The position numbers were made by a program, and so were the translations under genes. DNA of 64,000 bases from Bacillales bacterium (GTDB lineage: Bacteria > Bacillota > Bacilli > Bacillales > DASSOY01). The DNA is taken from the NCBI GenBank assembly GCA_035776675.1, contig DASTWO010000067.1, positions 207 through 64,206 of the forward strand. The letters run 5' to 3'. Below, in pieces: positions 10,734-19,757 of this stretch. The notes below the pieces were generated by a model, which was not told where the DNA came from, made no database searches, and was given only the letters and a program-made list of their open reading frames with translations. The first letter of the stretch is position 1. Each line of letters begins with the position of its first letter.

Positions 10734-11640
10734 ATTTTGATCGTCTAAAGCGGCCAAAGACTTTCCCGGGAAGCTCAGCCAAAAGCATCCCGATGAAAAT
10801 CATAAAGCAGCCGAGCAAGGCAAGTCTGCCGAGACGATCCCCTGCCCAAAGGTAGCCGGTTACGGCCGCGAATACCGGTTCCATTGTCAAAATTAAAGCT
10901 ACATGGGTCGGCGGTGAATATTTCTGGAGCGCAGTTTGCGCCAGATAGGCAATCACTGTCGCCAGCAATGCTGTAAATAGAATCGCGAACCAAACTCCAG
11001 TACCGCCTACGATGGCAGGTGAGAAAGCTTCAGACCAGTTTTCAAACAAGAACGCGGCTCCTAGGTTCAACAAAGCTACCGTGCTGATCTGAATCAAAGT
11101 CAGAACAAGAGCAGGATAATGGGAAGCATATTTGGCGGTGAAAACAATATGCATGCCGAAAGCGATGGCGCAAAGAAATTCAAGCAAATCGCCGATATTA
11201 AACGCCGAGTGCCCGCCTGCTGTTAATAAATACAACCCGAGCACGGCAATTCCGACACCGATGACGGATGGAAGTTTCGGTTTCTGTTTCAATATAAAAT
11301 AGGCAAATAAAGGAACGAGGACCACATTGAGTCCGGTCAGAAATCCGGCTTTTGAAGAGGTTGTATATAGCAGTCCGAATGTCTGGAGAGCGTATCCCGA
11401 AAACAGCCACAGCCCAAGCACAATACCGCTTCCAAGCAGGGAGCGGGTGATTCTTAACAGCCGGTCACGGTAAAAAAAGATGATCCAAACGAACAAAAAC
11501 AATGCCGCGCATAAAAAGCGCAAGCCGTTGAAAGTAAACGGCTCGAGCACTGCTACGGCATTCTGAATGATGACAAAGGTTGCCCCCCAAATAAATGCGA
11601 CAAATAAAAGCAGGATATCCGCGGCGTACAATCTTTTCAT
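10717..11640 (-). CDS. EamA/DMT-family transporter
   Basis: 307 aa with about 10 hydrophobic helices in a two-EamA-repeat pattern. Its 3' end overlaps the menE 3' end by 17 nt (convergent). Confidence 0.8.
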   Translation of the reverse strand: MKRLYAADILLLFVAFIWGATFVIIQNAVAVLEPFTFNGLRFLCAALFLFVWIIFFYRDRLLRITRSLLGSGIVLGLWLFSGYALQTFGLLYTTSSKAGFLTGLNVVLVPLFAYFILKQKPKLPSVIGVGIAVLGLYLLTAGGHSAFNIGDLLEFLCAIAFGMHIVFTAKYASHYPALVLTLIQISTVALLNLGAAFLFENWSEAFSPAIVGGTGVWFAILFTALLATVIAYLAQTALQKYSPPTHVALILTMEPVFAAVTGYLWAGDRLGRLALLGCFMIFIGMLLAELPGKVFGRFRRSKSTVSE

Positions 11641-11744
11641 TCAGTCCACACCTCAAGTCGATTTCAATCGTACAGCAAGATATCCCATATCGTAACATAA
11701 TTATCATTGCGCTTTACAGGAGGAAATCCTGGGTTCACCTTCTT

Positions 11745-13022
11745 TTATTTCACTTTGAAAAACTTCACAGATTGATTCAATTCGCCCGCGAATTGTTTCA
11801 ACGACTCAGCAAATTCGTTTACCCTTTCCATGGCGCTGCGTTGGCTTTCCGAGGTTGCCGCGACATTTTGGGTCTTACCGGCGGACTCTCTTGCAATGCC
11901 GGCTGACTGTTCAGCAGATGTGACAATCTGTTCTGAACTTGCTGAAATTTCCTCAACTGCGGCGGACACATCTTGGGTTTTGTCAGCCACCTTTTGGATC
12001 ATCCCGACAATTTCTTCGAAGGTTTGATCGGTTTGCTCCGTGGTTATTGCGCCTTTCTTGACCTCATCTGATCCTTTGTTCATGACCTTCACGGAACGTG
12101 TTGTATGATCTTGTATTCCTTTAATCAACTGTACAATCTGGTCAGCTGATTGTTCCGACTGCTCAGCCAGTTTGCGGACCTCATTTGCGACAACTGCGAA
12201 ACCTCTTCCGTGTTCCCCGGCTCGGGCCGCTTCAATTTCCGCGTTTAAGGATAACAGGTGCGTCTGGTTGGCAATATCCGTTATGACTTCGATGATTTGG
12301 CCAATTTCCGCGGAACTTTTGTGTAATGAGTTGATTTCCTCCACAGCTTGCTCCGTGACGTTACTGATTGTATCCATTTGTTTTTTACTGGAGCGAATAT
12401 GCTCTCTTCCTTGAACAGCCTGGTCTTTTGCCTGGATAGACATATCTGAAACAGAGGAAGCGGATTCGGCAATGTTTTGAATCCCGTGAGTCATTTCTTC
12501 CAGTACTTTTGTACTTTCTTCCGACCCTTTCAGTTGAGTATCTGTTCCACTTGCAATTTCTTTCATCATTTCACTGATTTCATTGGCCCCGACAGTGGTT
12601 TCCCTGACATCATGTGAAAACTGGTTTGCCACAGTCTCAATCTTTTCTCCTGTGGTGCTGACTTTTCCGATAAGTACCTCCAATTGATCGGTCATTTTAT
12701 TGAAGGATTCGGACAGTTGCCCGATTTCATCACCTGAATTGTTGGATACCTTTGCTGTTAGATCCCCCTTCGCCACCTTTTGGGTTACTTCCAAAAGCAG
12801 GTTAAGCGGTCGAATAAGAATGAAGCGAATGCAAATTGTAATAATCCCTGTCGTGACAATCAGGCTGATAAGCGTATTGATGTAAACTCCCAATTCTCCA
12901 TTGTAGTACTCCGAAATTAAACTGTTGATATAGGCCGCTATAGGAGAGCTAATCAACAAGCTTAAGACGATGACCCCGATGATCTTCGTTTGAATCCGTA
13001 AGTTTATTAATCTTTTTCCCAT
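11745..13022 (-). CDS. methyl-accepting chemotaxis protein
   Basis: Two N-terminal TM segments and a HAMP region (GDLTAKV...[14 protein letters not shown]). Conserved MCP signalling hairpin [34 protein letters not shown]. Confidence 0.9.
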   Translation of the reverse strand: MGKRLINLRIQTKIIGVIVLSLLISSPIAAYINSLISEYYNGELGVYINTLISLIVTTGIITICIRFILIRPLNLLLEVTQKVAKGDLTAKVSNNSGDEIGQLSESFNKMTDQLEVLIGKVSTTGEKIETVANQFSHDVRETTVGANEISEMMKEIASGTDTQLKGSEESTKVLEEMTHGIQNIAESASSVSDMSIQAKDQAVQGREHIRSSKKQMDTISNVTEQAVEEINSLHKSSAEIGQIIEVITDIANQTHLLSLNAEIEAARAGEHGRGFAVVANEVRKLAEQSEQSADQIVQLIKGIQDHTTRSVKVMNKGSDEVKKGAITTEQTDQTFEEIVGMIQKVADKTQDVSAAVEEISASSEQIVTSAEQSAGIARESAGKTQNVAATSESQRSAMERVNEFAESLKQFAGELNQSVKFFKVK

Positions 13023-13113
13023 TATGAATTCTCCCTTCCCCTTATATTCTCGACATAATTCGCCAGGTTCTTTAGTCCTATGTTTAAACTTTTTTCAAAA
13101 AAGGGGTTCACTT

Positions 13114-13305
13114 CATAGCGGAGTGCGCGTAGAAGGGAGAAAAGATGAACGGTTTGGCGATATTTTGACGTCTGAAGCTCTTGATTTTGTAGCAAGACTT
13201 TCCCGCCATTTTGATGGGAGGAGGGTTGAGCTGTTGCAGCATCGCAAACGACGGCAGGAGGAAATCGACAAGGGAAAGTTGCCCGATTTTCAACTACTGC
13301 GCTGA
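13114..13305 (+). pseudogene. relic of the 5' end of a malate synthase A gene (first ~60 codons only)
   Basis: The translation GVRVEGRKDERFGDILTSEALDFVARLSRHFDGRRVELLQHRKRRQEEIDKGKLPDFQLLR* matches the N-terminus of AceB-type malate synthase as I remember it (E. coli ...ILTAEAVEFLTELVTHFTPQRNKLLAARIQQQQDIDNGTLPDF...). The frame stops at 13305 and nothing downstream continues the protein. Confidence 0.6.
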
Positions 13306-13461
13306 AAGGTTTCAACGGAAAAGTCCCAATTCGAGCATTAACAACAGACAAGAACAGATTGACAAGACGATTTTACTAATTTTCTATTGTTTTATAACAG
13401 AATGTTGTTATTCAGCATATGTTATAGTACAATAGGAAAAACGAAACGGAGGGGAGTTTTC

Positions 13462-13596
13462 ATGATCCAGAAGAGTACGGAATTCTTCAAGAACTTGCCG
13501 CCGAAAGTTTGCGTTGAGTGCGGCCATCGTATGGAGGAACAGCATGAATCGTATATGAACGTTTGTGAACATTGCCTGAGAAATGTAAAGGAATAA
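13462..13596 (+). CDS. small YhfH-like zinc-ribbon protein
   Basis: 44 aa, MIQKSTEFFKNLPPKVCVECGHRMEEQHESYMNVCEHCLRNVKE, with two CxxC pairs. ATG follows GGAGGGG. Terminator follows at 13607-13637. Confidence 0.65.
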   Translation: MIQKSTEFFKNLPPKVCVECGHRMEEQHESYMNVCEHCLRNVKE

Positions 13597-13606
13597 GGAG
13601 ATAAGG

Positions 13607-13637
13607 CCCGATCCGATAAGGGGATCGGGATTTTTTT
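13607..13637 (+). terminator. rho-independent terminator
   Basis: CCCGATCC (13607-13614) pairs with GGATCGGG (13622-13629), followed by ATTTTTTT. Confidence 0.8.
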
Positions 13638-13721
13638 GCGCTCACTGTTGGACAATTCCGAATGAATGTGCATAATATTTGGTATAATAAGTGACATTCT
13701 GATTGGGAAGGAGTCCTGGTT

Positions 13722-14204
13722 GTGGATTTCAGAAGCCCTACTTACGGAAAAGTGTCTGCTAAAGTGTTGACGGAACATATTCGAGCGTACTTGAATGAGG
13801 ACCCAAAAGCGACCTATCGGATTGTGATCGGGACGGATTCGCAAACGAGCCGAAAGACCACTATGTTTGTGACCGCTTTCATCATCCATCGGGTGGGCAA
13901 AGGGGCGAGATTTTTCTTCCAAAAAACGAAACACCGCCCGATGAGCAGTCTCCACCAACGTATTTACAAGGAAACGGAATTAAGCTTGCAGGTGATGGAA
14001 GAACTTAAAGCTTCCGGCATTACAGAGCTGCTTTCGAAATGGCCGATTGAGATTCATCTTGATATTGGAAAACACGGAGAAACCCGCAAATTAATTCAGG
14101 AAGTTGTGGGTTGGATTACGGCCGTCGGCTATGTGGCTCGAATTAAACCTGATGCGTATGGCGCCAGTGCGGTGGCTGATAAATATACAAAATCCCTTGG
14201 ATGA
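13722..14204 (+). CDS. YkuK-like (DUF458, RNase H-fold) protein
   Basis: 160 aa. YRIVIGTDSQ and the overall pattern resemble B. subtilis YkuK as I remember it. GTG start. Confidence 0.6.
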   Translation: MDFRSPTYGKVSAKVLTEHIRAYLNEDPKATYRIVIGTDSQTSRKTTMFVTAFIIHRVGKGARFFFQKTKHRPMSSLHQRIYKETELSLQVMEELKASGITELLSKWPIEIHLDIGKHGETRKLIQEVVGWITAVGYVARIKPDAYGASAVADKYTKSLG

Positions 14205-14286
14205 ACAATGTTGCTCTCGGCGAGAAAGCATTCCTTTTTCAAGGTTGTTCATGGTATAATCTTGAAAAAATGTCGGGAGGGATATT

Positions 14287-14835
14287 GTGAACATCAGGAA
14301 AGCGAAGGATGCTGATGCCCAAGGGATCGCAAAGGTTCAAGTTGACAGTTGGAAGACGACTTATAAAGGGATTGTCTCCGATTCTTTTTTACAAAAGATG
14401 TCCTATAAAAACCTTGAAAACAAATGGAAGCAAATCATCGATCTTTCGGGGAACCGCAATTGTACCTTAGTCGCTGAAAATCAGGACGGTGTTATTGTCG
14501 GGTTTGTTTCCGGGGGTCGTGAGCGAAGTGGCGATTATCCTGATTTTCAGGCTGAATTGTACGCGATTTACCTATTCGAGAAGGCTCAGGGTCAAGGTCT
14601 TGGGAGACGGCTTTTCGTCCGTCTTGCTGAGGAACTTTCAGCAAGTGGTTTAGCCTCCATAATGGTATGGGTTCTTGCGGAGAACCATCCAGCGAAAGCT
14701 TTTTATGAGTCTTTGAACCCCGAATGGGTCGATTCTCAACCAATTGAAATTGGTGGAGGAAATCATGAGGAAGTTGCATATGGTTGGCGAGATATTCATG
14801 GCGTTATCGGGTGGTCATTAAAGTCAATGGGATAA
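14287..14835 (+). CDS. GNAT-family N-acetyltransferase
   Basis: 182 aa with acetyl-CoA-binding motif A (AQGQGLGRRLF). GTG start after GGGAGGG. Confidence 0.8.
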   Translation: MNIRKAKDADAQGIAKVQVDSWKTTYKGIVSDSFLQKMSYKNLENKWKQIIDLSGNRNCTLVAENQDGVIVGFVSGGRERSGDYPDFQAELYAIYLFEKAQGQGLGRRLFVRLAEELSASGLASIMVWVLAENHPAKAFYESLNPEWVDSQPIEIGGGNHEEVAYGWRDIHGVIGWSLKSMG

Positions 14836-14850
14836 TGCGTTGATTCTTGG

Positions 14851-14877
14851 AAGTTCGGGTATACCGAACTTTTTTTA
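14851..14877 (+). terminator. rho-independent terminator
   Basis: AAGTTCGG (14851-14858) pairs with CCGAACTT (14864-14871), followed by a T-run. Confidence 0.8.
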
Positions 14878-14922
14878 TTTGAAAGGAACAGATCAGGTGA
14901 ATTTATTATTTTCATTGGGTTA

Positions 14923-15057
14923 TGACCCAATGGTCACAGTTATGAAAGACTTTTCCTAAGGCGCATATGCCAAATTAACATGTTGACATAGAACCCACTG
15001 GTCAGTTATAATATTTTTCGTGTTGAACTTAATGGTTCTTATTTGACCGAATGGTCA
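14923..15057 (+). promoter_or_regulatory. sigmaA promoter with three TGACC-N4-GGTCA palindromic operators (presumed TetR sites)
   Basis: Site 1 is TGACCCAATGGTCA (14923-14936). Site 2 is GAACCCACTGGTCA (14991-15004) and lies between TTGACA (14983-14988) and TATAAT (15007-15012). Site 3 is TGACCGAATGGTCA (15044-15057). Confidence 0.65.
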
Positions 15058-15091
15058 TAGATGGGGAACGACTGAATAAGGAGGGAGCGGA

Positions 15092-16018
15092 GTGACAGAT
15101 AAAAAAGAGGAAATCATGCAGTCGGCAATTCGTCTTATCTCGGAGAAAGGCTACTTTTCAACTTCAGTACAGGAAATTGCCAATGACTGCGGGATCTCCA
15201 AAGGCTCTTTGTATAAATACTTTGACTCCAAAGAAAATTTATTGATTGAAGTGATCGAGCATAATCATCGCAAGATGTTTCAAAGGGCAATGAATGTTGA
15301 TCTCGATCCATCTTTGACCGCCAAGGAAAAGTTGATCAAGAAAATTGTTGTTCAGTTGGAAGATTCCCGTGAGAATAAAGACTTTATGATGATGCTGTTT
15401 CAAGCAATGCCTAACCGTAATAATGAAAATATCTCATCGATGATGAAACGGATCAAGGTCACCATGATGACCTGGCATAAAGAATGTTTGATGAAGGCCT
15501 TTGGCAGCGAGGTGGAATCCTACATTTGGGATCTTGTTCTCATTTTTCAAGGTACCTTGAAAGAATATCTTTCCTTGACGGTTTTCAAGGGTAAAACCTT
15601 TGACATGGAGCGGGCCGCACGATTTATTGTGGAACGTTTAGACGCGATGATCCAAAATACAGCTTATACGGAACCTGCTTTAGGAACACAAATCATGAAG
15701 GAATTTGAAAAGTATGATACGCAATTCAGGCCGAAATCCGGTAAAGAACAGTTGAAAGATCATTTAAATGAAATGGTCATGGAAATTGAAAGGTTCCCGA
15801 TTCAAAAGCAGGAGCAGGAAGAGTTGCTTTCGGCTGTTCATTTGTTGGAATACGAAGTATTTCAAAGTGAACCTCGTGACTTTCAAATCAAGGCTTTGTT
15901 GTTGTACTTGGCTGAGAGTGAAGAGTTAGGAGTCTTTGTCCGCCGGATTGAAAAGCTTCTTGAGGAAAATGTGATGGAGAAGGAGATAGAAGGAGTGAGG
16001 GAAAGATATGGAAAATAA
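15092..16018 (+). CDS. TetR/AcrR-family transcriptional regulator with a long C-terminal extension
   Basis: N-terminal TetR HTH (AIRLISEKGYFSTSVQEIANDCGISKGSLYKYFDSKE). At 308 aa it is about 100 aa longer than a typical TetR. Overlaps the downstream MFS gene by 11 nt. Confidence 0.85.
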   Translation: MTDKKEEIMQSAIRLISEKGYFSTSVQEIANDCGISKGSLYKYFDSKENLLIEVIEHNHRKMFQRAMNVDLDPSLTAKEKLIKKIVVQLEDSRENKDFMMMLFQAMPNRNNENISSMMKRIKVTMMTWHKECLMKAFGSEVESYIWDLVLIFQGTLKEYLSLTVFKGKTFDMERAARFIVERLDAMIQNTAYTEPALGTQIMKEFEKYDTQFRPKSGKEQLKDHLNEMVMEIERFPIQKQEQEELLSAVHLLEYEVFQSEPRDFQIKALLLYLAESEELGVFVRRIEKLLEENVMEKEIEGVRERYGK

Positions 16019-17471
16019 ACAACAACCTGAACAGGAATATAATAGAGTTTTACTGGTTGCGTCTATCATCGCCGGCGCATTTGTTGTGATTTTGAATCAG
16101 ACACTTTTGAATACCGCTATACCGAAAATTATGGACGATTTGTCTATATCAGCAAGCACGGCCCAGTGGTTGACGACTGGTTTCATGCTTACGATGGGTA
16201 CGATGATTCCAATTTCAGCCTTCTTGATCGAGAAGTTCTCGACAAGGAAGTTGTTTCTAACAGCCATGAGCCTTTTTGGTGTGGGTACCTTGATTGCCGC
16301 TGTCGCACCAAGCTTTCCGTTTTTGCTGGCAGCCAGAATCGTTCAGGCATCCGGTGCGGGCATCATGATACCGCTAATGCAGACTGTTTTTTTGTTAATT
16401 TTCCCTGTTGAGAAGCGTGGAGCCGCCATGGGTATGGTGGGATTGGTGATTGCCTTTGCGCCAGCAATTGGACCGACGCTTTCCGGTTGGATTGTTGAAA
16501 GCTATTCGTGGCGTGTCTTGTTCTATATGATTTTGCCAATCGTCGTGCTTGATATTATTTTTGCGACATTCGCGCTGAAAAATGTCACCAGGTTGACCTA
16601 TCCGAAGATTGATATTGTCTCTATCATTTTATCGTCCATCGGTTTTGGCGGATTGTTATATGGCTTTAGCAGTGCGGGGAACAACAGCTGGACCAGCGCG
16701 GAAGTGGTTATCTCTTTGGTTGCCGGGGCCATTTCACTTTGCCTTTTCATTTGGAGGCAATTGTCAATCAAGAAGCCGATATTGGAATTCAGGGTATTTA
16801 AGAACTGGATTTTTGCGCTTACAACGTTAATCGGCGCGATTATCATGATTTCAATGCTTGGCGTAGAACTTCTACTGCCGCTTTATATGCAGAACGCACA
16901 GGGCTACACAGCTCTTGAGTCCGGGTTGTTGCTACTGCCGGGCGCCATTGTAATGGGGGTTATGTCCCCGATTGTCGGCAAGGTATTTGATAAAATTGGT
17001 GCTCGTCCGCTTGCGATCGTTGGATTGTCAATTGTAACTGTAATGACATTTCTATTCAGCAATATGACCGCCTCGACATCATACGGATATATGATGGTGT
17101 TATACGCCATTCGGATGTTTGGAATCTCGTTGGTCATGATGCCGGTAATGACGGCTGGATTGAATCAGCTGCCGAATCACCTGATTCCACACGGAACAGC
17201 GATGAACAACACGATGCGGCAAGTTGCGGCTTCGATTGGAACAGCCATGTTGATTACGGTTATGACAAATAATACGGAAGATGCAGTGAAACAACAGGTT
17301 TCGCATCCTATGATTCAAGGGATGTCGGCTTCCTTTATGGTTGCAGCTGCTTTAGCCTTAGTTGCGTTACTGCTGTCGTTCTTTATTAAACCGAAACGTC
17401 CTGCCGAAGAAGATGGAGAGAAGAGTGGGAAAGCTGTGAAAGCGAAGAAGGAAGCTATTGGTGAAAGCTGA
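16008..17471 (+). CDS. MFS drug:H+ antiporter, DHA2 (EmrB/QacA-like, 14-TMS type)
   Basis: 487 aa with about 14 hydrophobic helices. Translationally coupled to the TetR gene. Confidence 0.85.
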   Translation: MENKQQPEQEYNRVLLVASIIAGAFVVILNQTLLNTAIPKIMDDLSISASTAQWLTTGFMLTMGTMIPISAFLIEKFSTRKLFLTAMSLFGVGTLIAAVAPSFPFLLAARIVQASGAGIMIPLMQTVFLLIFPVEKRGAAMGMVGLVIAFAPAIGPTLSGWIVESYSWRVLFYMILPIVVLDIIFATFALKNVTRLTYPKIDIVSIILSSIGFGGLLYGFSSAGNNSWTSAEVVISLVAGAISLCLFIWRQLSIKKPILEFRVFKNWIFALTTLIGAIIMISMLGVELLLPLYMQNAQGYTALESGLLLLPGAIVMGVMSPIVGKVFDKIGARPLAIVGLSIVTVMTFLFSNMTASTSYGYMMVLYAIRMFGISLVMMPVMTAGLNQLPNHLIPHGTAMNNTMRQVAASIGTAMLITVMTNNTEDAVKQQVSHPMIQGMSASFMVAAALALVALLLSFFIKPKRPAEEDGEKSGKAVKAKKEAIGES

Positions 17472-17490
17472 AAAGATGAGTAAGTTAAGG

Positions 17491-17518
17491 CCGTCGGATG
17501 TTGTCCGGCGGTTTTTTT
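17491..17518. terminator. terminator hairpin between convergent genes
   Basis: CCGTCGGA (17491-17498) pairs with TCCGGCGG (17504-17511) with one G-U pair, followed by TTTTTTT. Confidence 0.7.
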
Positions 17519-17575
17519 GTTAGGAGAAATATGGTGGCATGAGCAAAAGCCTGGTTGATTCCAGGCTTGTTTAAG

Positions 17576-18283
17576 TTATTGAAGATACTTTTGAATGCTG
17601 TCCGGTAAAACGACCGTACTCCATGGAGACCAATAGTAATGCTTGTCGTCATAACGCAAATAATATTGATAGGCAATGGCTTCATCTGTATAAAATACCA
17701 TGGCATAGCGTTGCGGTTGCCCGCTTGACTGGTTGGGTTGATAGTCTCCTTTGGCGTCACCACCGTTCAGAATTTCAAGGAAAGCTTTCACACCATTGTT
17801 TTTAATTTTGTTTATTTGTTTTGGTGATTTAAGGTTTTCTACTTTATAGATTTCAATTTTCTCAACCGCCTTCTTGGGCATATCTTTGAAATGCCAGAGA
17901 TAGTCCTCGAAATCCGCTCTCGCATAATACAGTTTGTAGCCGTTTATGAAATCAGCGTCTTTGACCGCTACGACGGAGTGATTTGGATAACCTTCCACTT
18001 CATATATTCTTGTTCCCGGATCAAGGAAGGCGGCATCGCCGTTTTGGGATTGATAGTGGCCATCGTGAATATTACCGGATACCTTGAATTTCACAGAACC
18101 GATTTTGGGTCCTGCTTTTTTCGGATTGGCTATCACCCCGGTGTGGATGGAGGTGTACTCTTTCCCGTTCAGTTTTATGAAATCCACCCAGTCGATGACG
18201 GTATGGCTTTGGCCGTTCGGCATGAAATCATTGCATCCGCCCAGTAGAAAGAAACATGAGAACATGATCAGGAAAATCCGCAT
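17576..18283 (-). CDS. lipoprotein of unknown function
   Basis: Lipobox signal MRIFLIMFSCFFLLGGC. 235 aa. No family recognised. Confidence 0.75.
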   Translation of the reverse strand: MRIFLIMFSCFFLLGGCNDFMPNGQSHTVIDWVDFIKLNGKEYTSIHTGVIANPKKAGPKIGSVKFKVSGNIHDGHYQSQNGDAAFLDPGTRIYEVEGYPNHSVVAVKDADFINGYKLYYARADFEDYLWHFKDMPKKAVEKIEIYKVENLKSPKQINKIKNNGVKAFLEILNGGDAKGDYQPNQSSGQPQRYAMVFYTDEAIAYQYYLRYDDKHYYWSPWSTVVLPDSIQKYLQ

Positions 18284-18444
18284 GGCAATCCCCCCTTTAT
18301 TTACTTAGACGGATTGTTGAAGTATTGGGTTTCAGGATTTTTGAAGGTTTGTTATATTCCGTCTGTTACCTAGGTCCTTTGGTGTAGGGTACGCATTCAC
18401 CAGCGATTGAATCAAGTCATTTCCAATCAAAATTTGCCGAAATA

Positions 18445-18642
18445 GTTCTATAAAAAGAACATAAATCATCCTAATTCATTATAAATTTAAGAAAATGGAA
18501 GTAAAAAGCAGTAAAATGGTCCTATTGTTCTTTAAATAGAACAAAATCGTCTTAAATCAGGGTTTGCATTTTTGTGGGGGTCGGGAATATAATCAACTTG
18601 TGATGTTCTTTAAAAAGAACAATAATGGACTAAAAAAAGAAC
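18445..18642 (+). promoter_or_regulatory. tapA-operon control region: sigmaA promoter plus three GTTCT-N6-AGAAC inverted repeats (SinR-type operators)
   Basis: Inverted repeats at 18445-18460 (GTTCTataaaaAGAAC), 18527-18542 (GTTCTttaaatAGAAC) and 18605-18620 (GTTCTttaaaaAGAAC). Extra half-site AGAAC at 18638-18642. Promoter is TTGCAT (18564-18569), 18 nt, TATAAT (18588-18593). The B. subtilis SinR consensus is GTTCTYT. Confidence 0.65.
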
Positions 18643-18681
18643 AGCCGATACATAAACCCGGGGGTGAAAGGGGTGAAGATC

Positions 18682-19731
18682 ATGAGAAGTCGGCGATTAA
18701 CCAAAAAGGGACGAAGCGTGAAAAGCAGATCAATTTCCCTCGCCGTAAAAGGTTTCGCCATTTTTTATTTGTTGTTTTACACAGCCAGCCAGTTTACTTC
18801 ACCGACCACAGCCTATTTCAACGATATTGAACGAATTCATGGGAGCCTCTCAGCTGCTGGTGATTTTGGAGGGAATCAACCACCTCTGGAGTTATGGGAT
18901 AAGAGCTCGTTAACATTTGAAGGGATGACAACCGGCGGCTCTTGTAAAACCATTTTCGCTTACATTAAGAATAGTGGAGATGGTGACATGGATGGGCCAT
19001 CGGAGTTTGAAGTTTGGTGGATCACGAAAGGGAATCCGAAAAAAGGTCAAAAAATATACGATTCCGGGAAGGTTCCTCCACTTGCTCACGGCGAAAAGGT
19101 GAAACTCACCTATGATCCTGGTACCAACCCGAATGGGCAAGAGGGTGTTTATAAATTCCGGGCTTTCCAACGACCTGGGCACGGCAATAAATATGATGAG
19201 CGCAAAGACCTATGGAGTGATTCTATAACAATAGCGGAAGGTATGTGCATGGCTCAAGGAGTTCAAGGATTAAGTTCCGACCTTTCTGAGAAACAGGATT
19301 CGTTAGAAAACGAAAAAGCTGATGCACTAAAGAAAGATGAGAAAAATATTGGGACAAAGAAAGACAGGAAGAATAGCGGCAAAGGTGCTTCGAAGTCGAA
19401 AGAAGACCAGGTGAAAAATGAAGGATCCGAGCAAGATGAAAACCAATCAAAAGATTCTTCTAATAGCGAGAAGCGTGATTCGAATGATGGAAACAATCCG
19501 GATGGCAAGTCTGAGCAAACGGAAACGAATGATCAGTCTACCGGATCGAAGGATGAAGGGAGCACAACAAATAAGAAGCCTTCTACAACAAAAACGGAAT
19601 CAAATTCTGAAGAAGCAAAGGCTGTGACATCAGAAACAGAAGAAAAAAGTGTAAACAAAAGCAAAACCAACGAAAAATCTTCCGCTGATAAGGAAACTGA
19701 AGAAACTGAGGAAAAGGGAACCAAGAAATAG
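18682..19731 (+). CDS. tapA: TapA-like TasA-fibre accessory/anchoring protein with a long charged low-complexity tail
   Basis: SipW-type signal followed by TAYFNDIE (B. subtilis TapA has SAAFHDIE). Parallel blocks to TapA as I remember it: WDKSSL, GGSCKTIFAYIKNSGDG, GVYKFRAFQRPG, LWSDSITIAEGMC. The last ~155 aa are K/E/S/D/N/T-rich. Sits immediately upstream of sipW-tasA. Confidence 0.75.
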   Translation: MRSRRLTKKGRSVKSRSISLAVKGFAIFYLLFYTASQFTSPTTAYFNDIERIHGSLSAAGDFGGNQPPLELWDKSSLTFEGMTTGGSCKTIFAYIKNSGDGDMDGPSEFEVWWITKGNPKKGQKIYDSGKVPPLAHGEKVKLTYDPGTNPNGQEGVYKFRAFQRPGHGNKYDERKDLWSDSITIAEGMCMAQGVQGLSSDLSEKQDSLENEKADALKKDEKNIGTKKDRKNSGKGASKSKEDQVKNEGSEQDENQSKDSSNSEKRDSNDGNNPDGKSEQTETNDQSTGSKDEGSTTNKKPSTTKTESNSEEAKAVTSETEEKSVNKSKTNEKSSADKETEETEEKGTKK

Positions 19732-19757
19732 CTTCTAAAGATTGAGAGGGGATTCAC

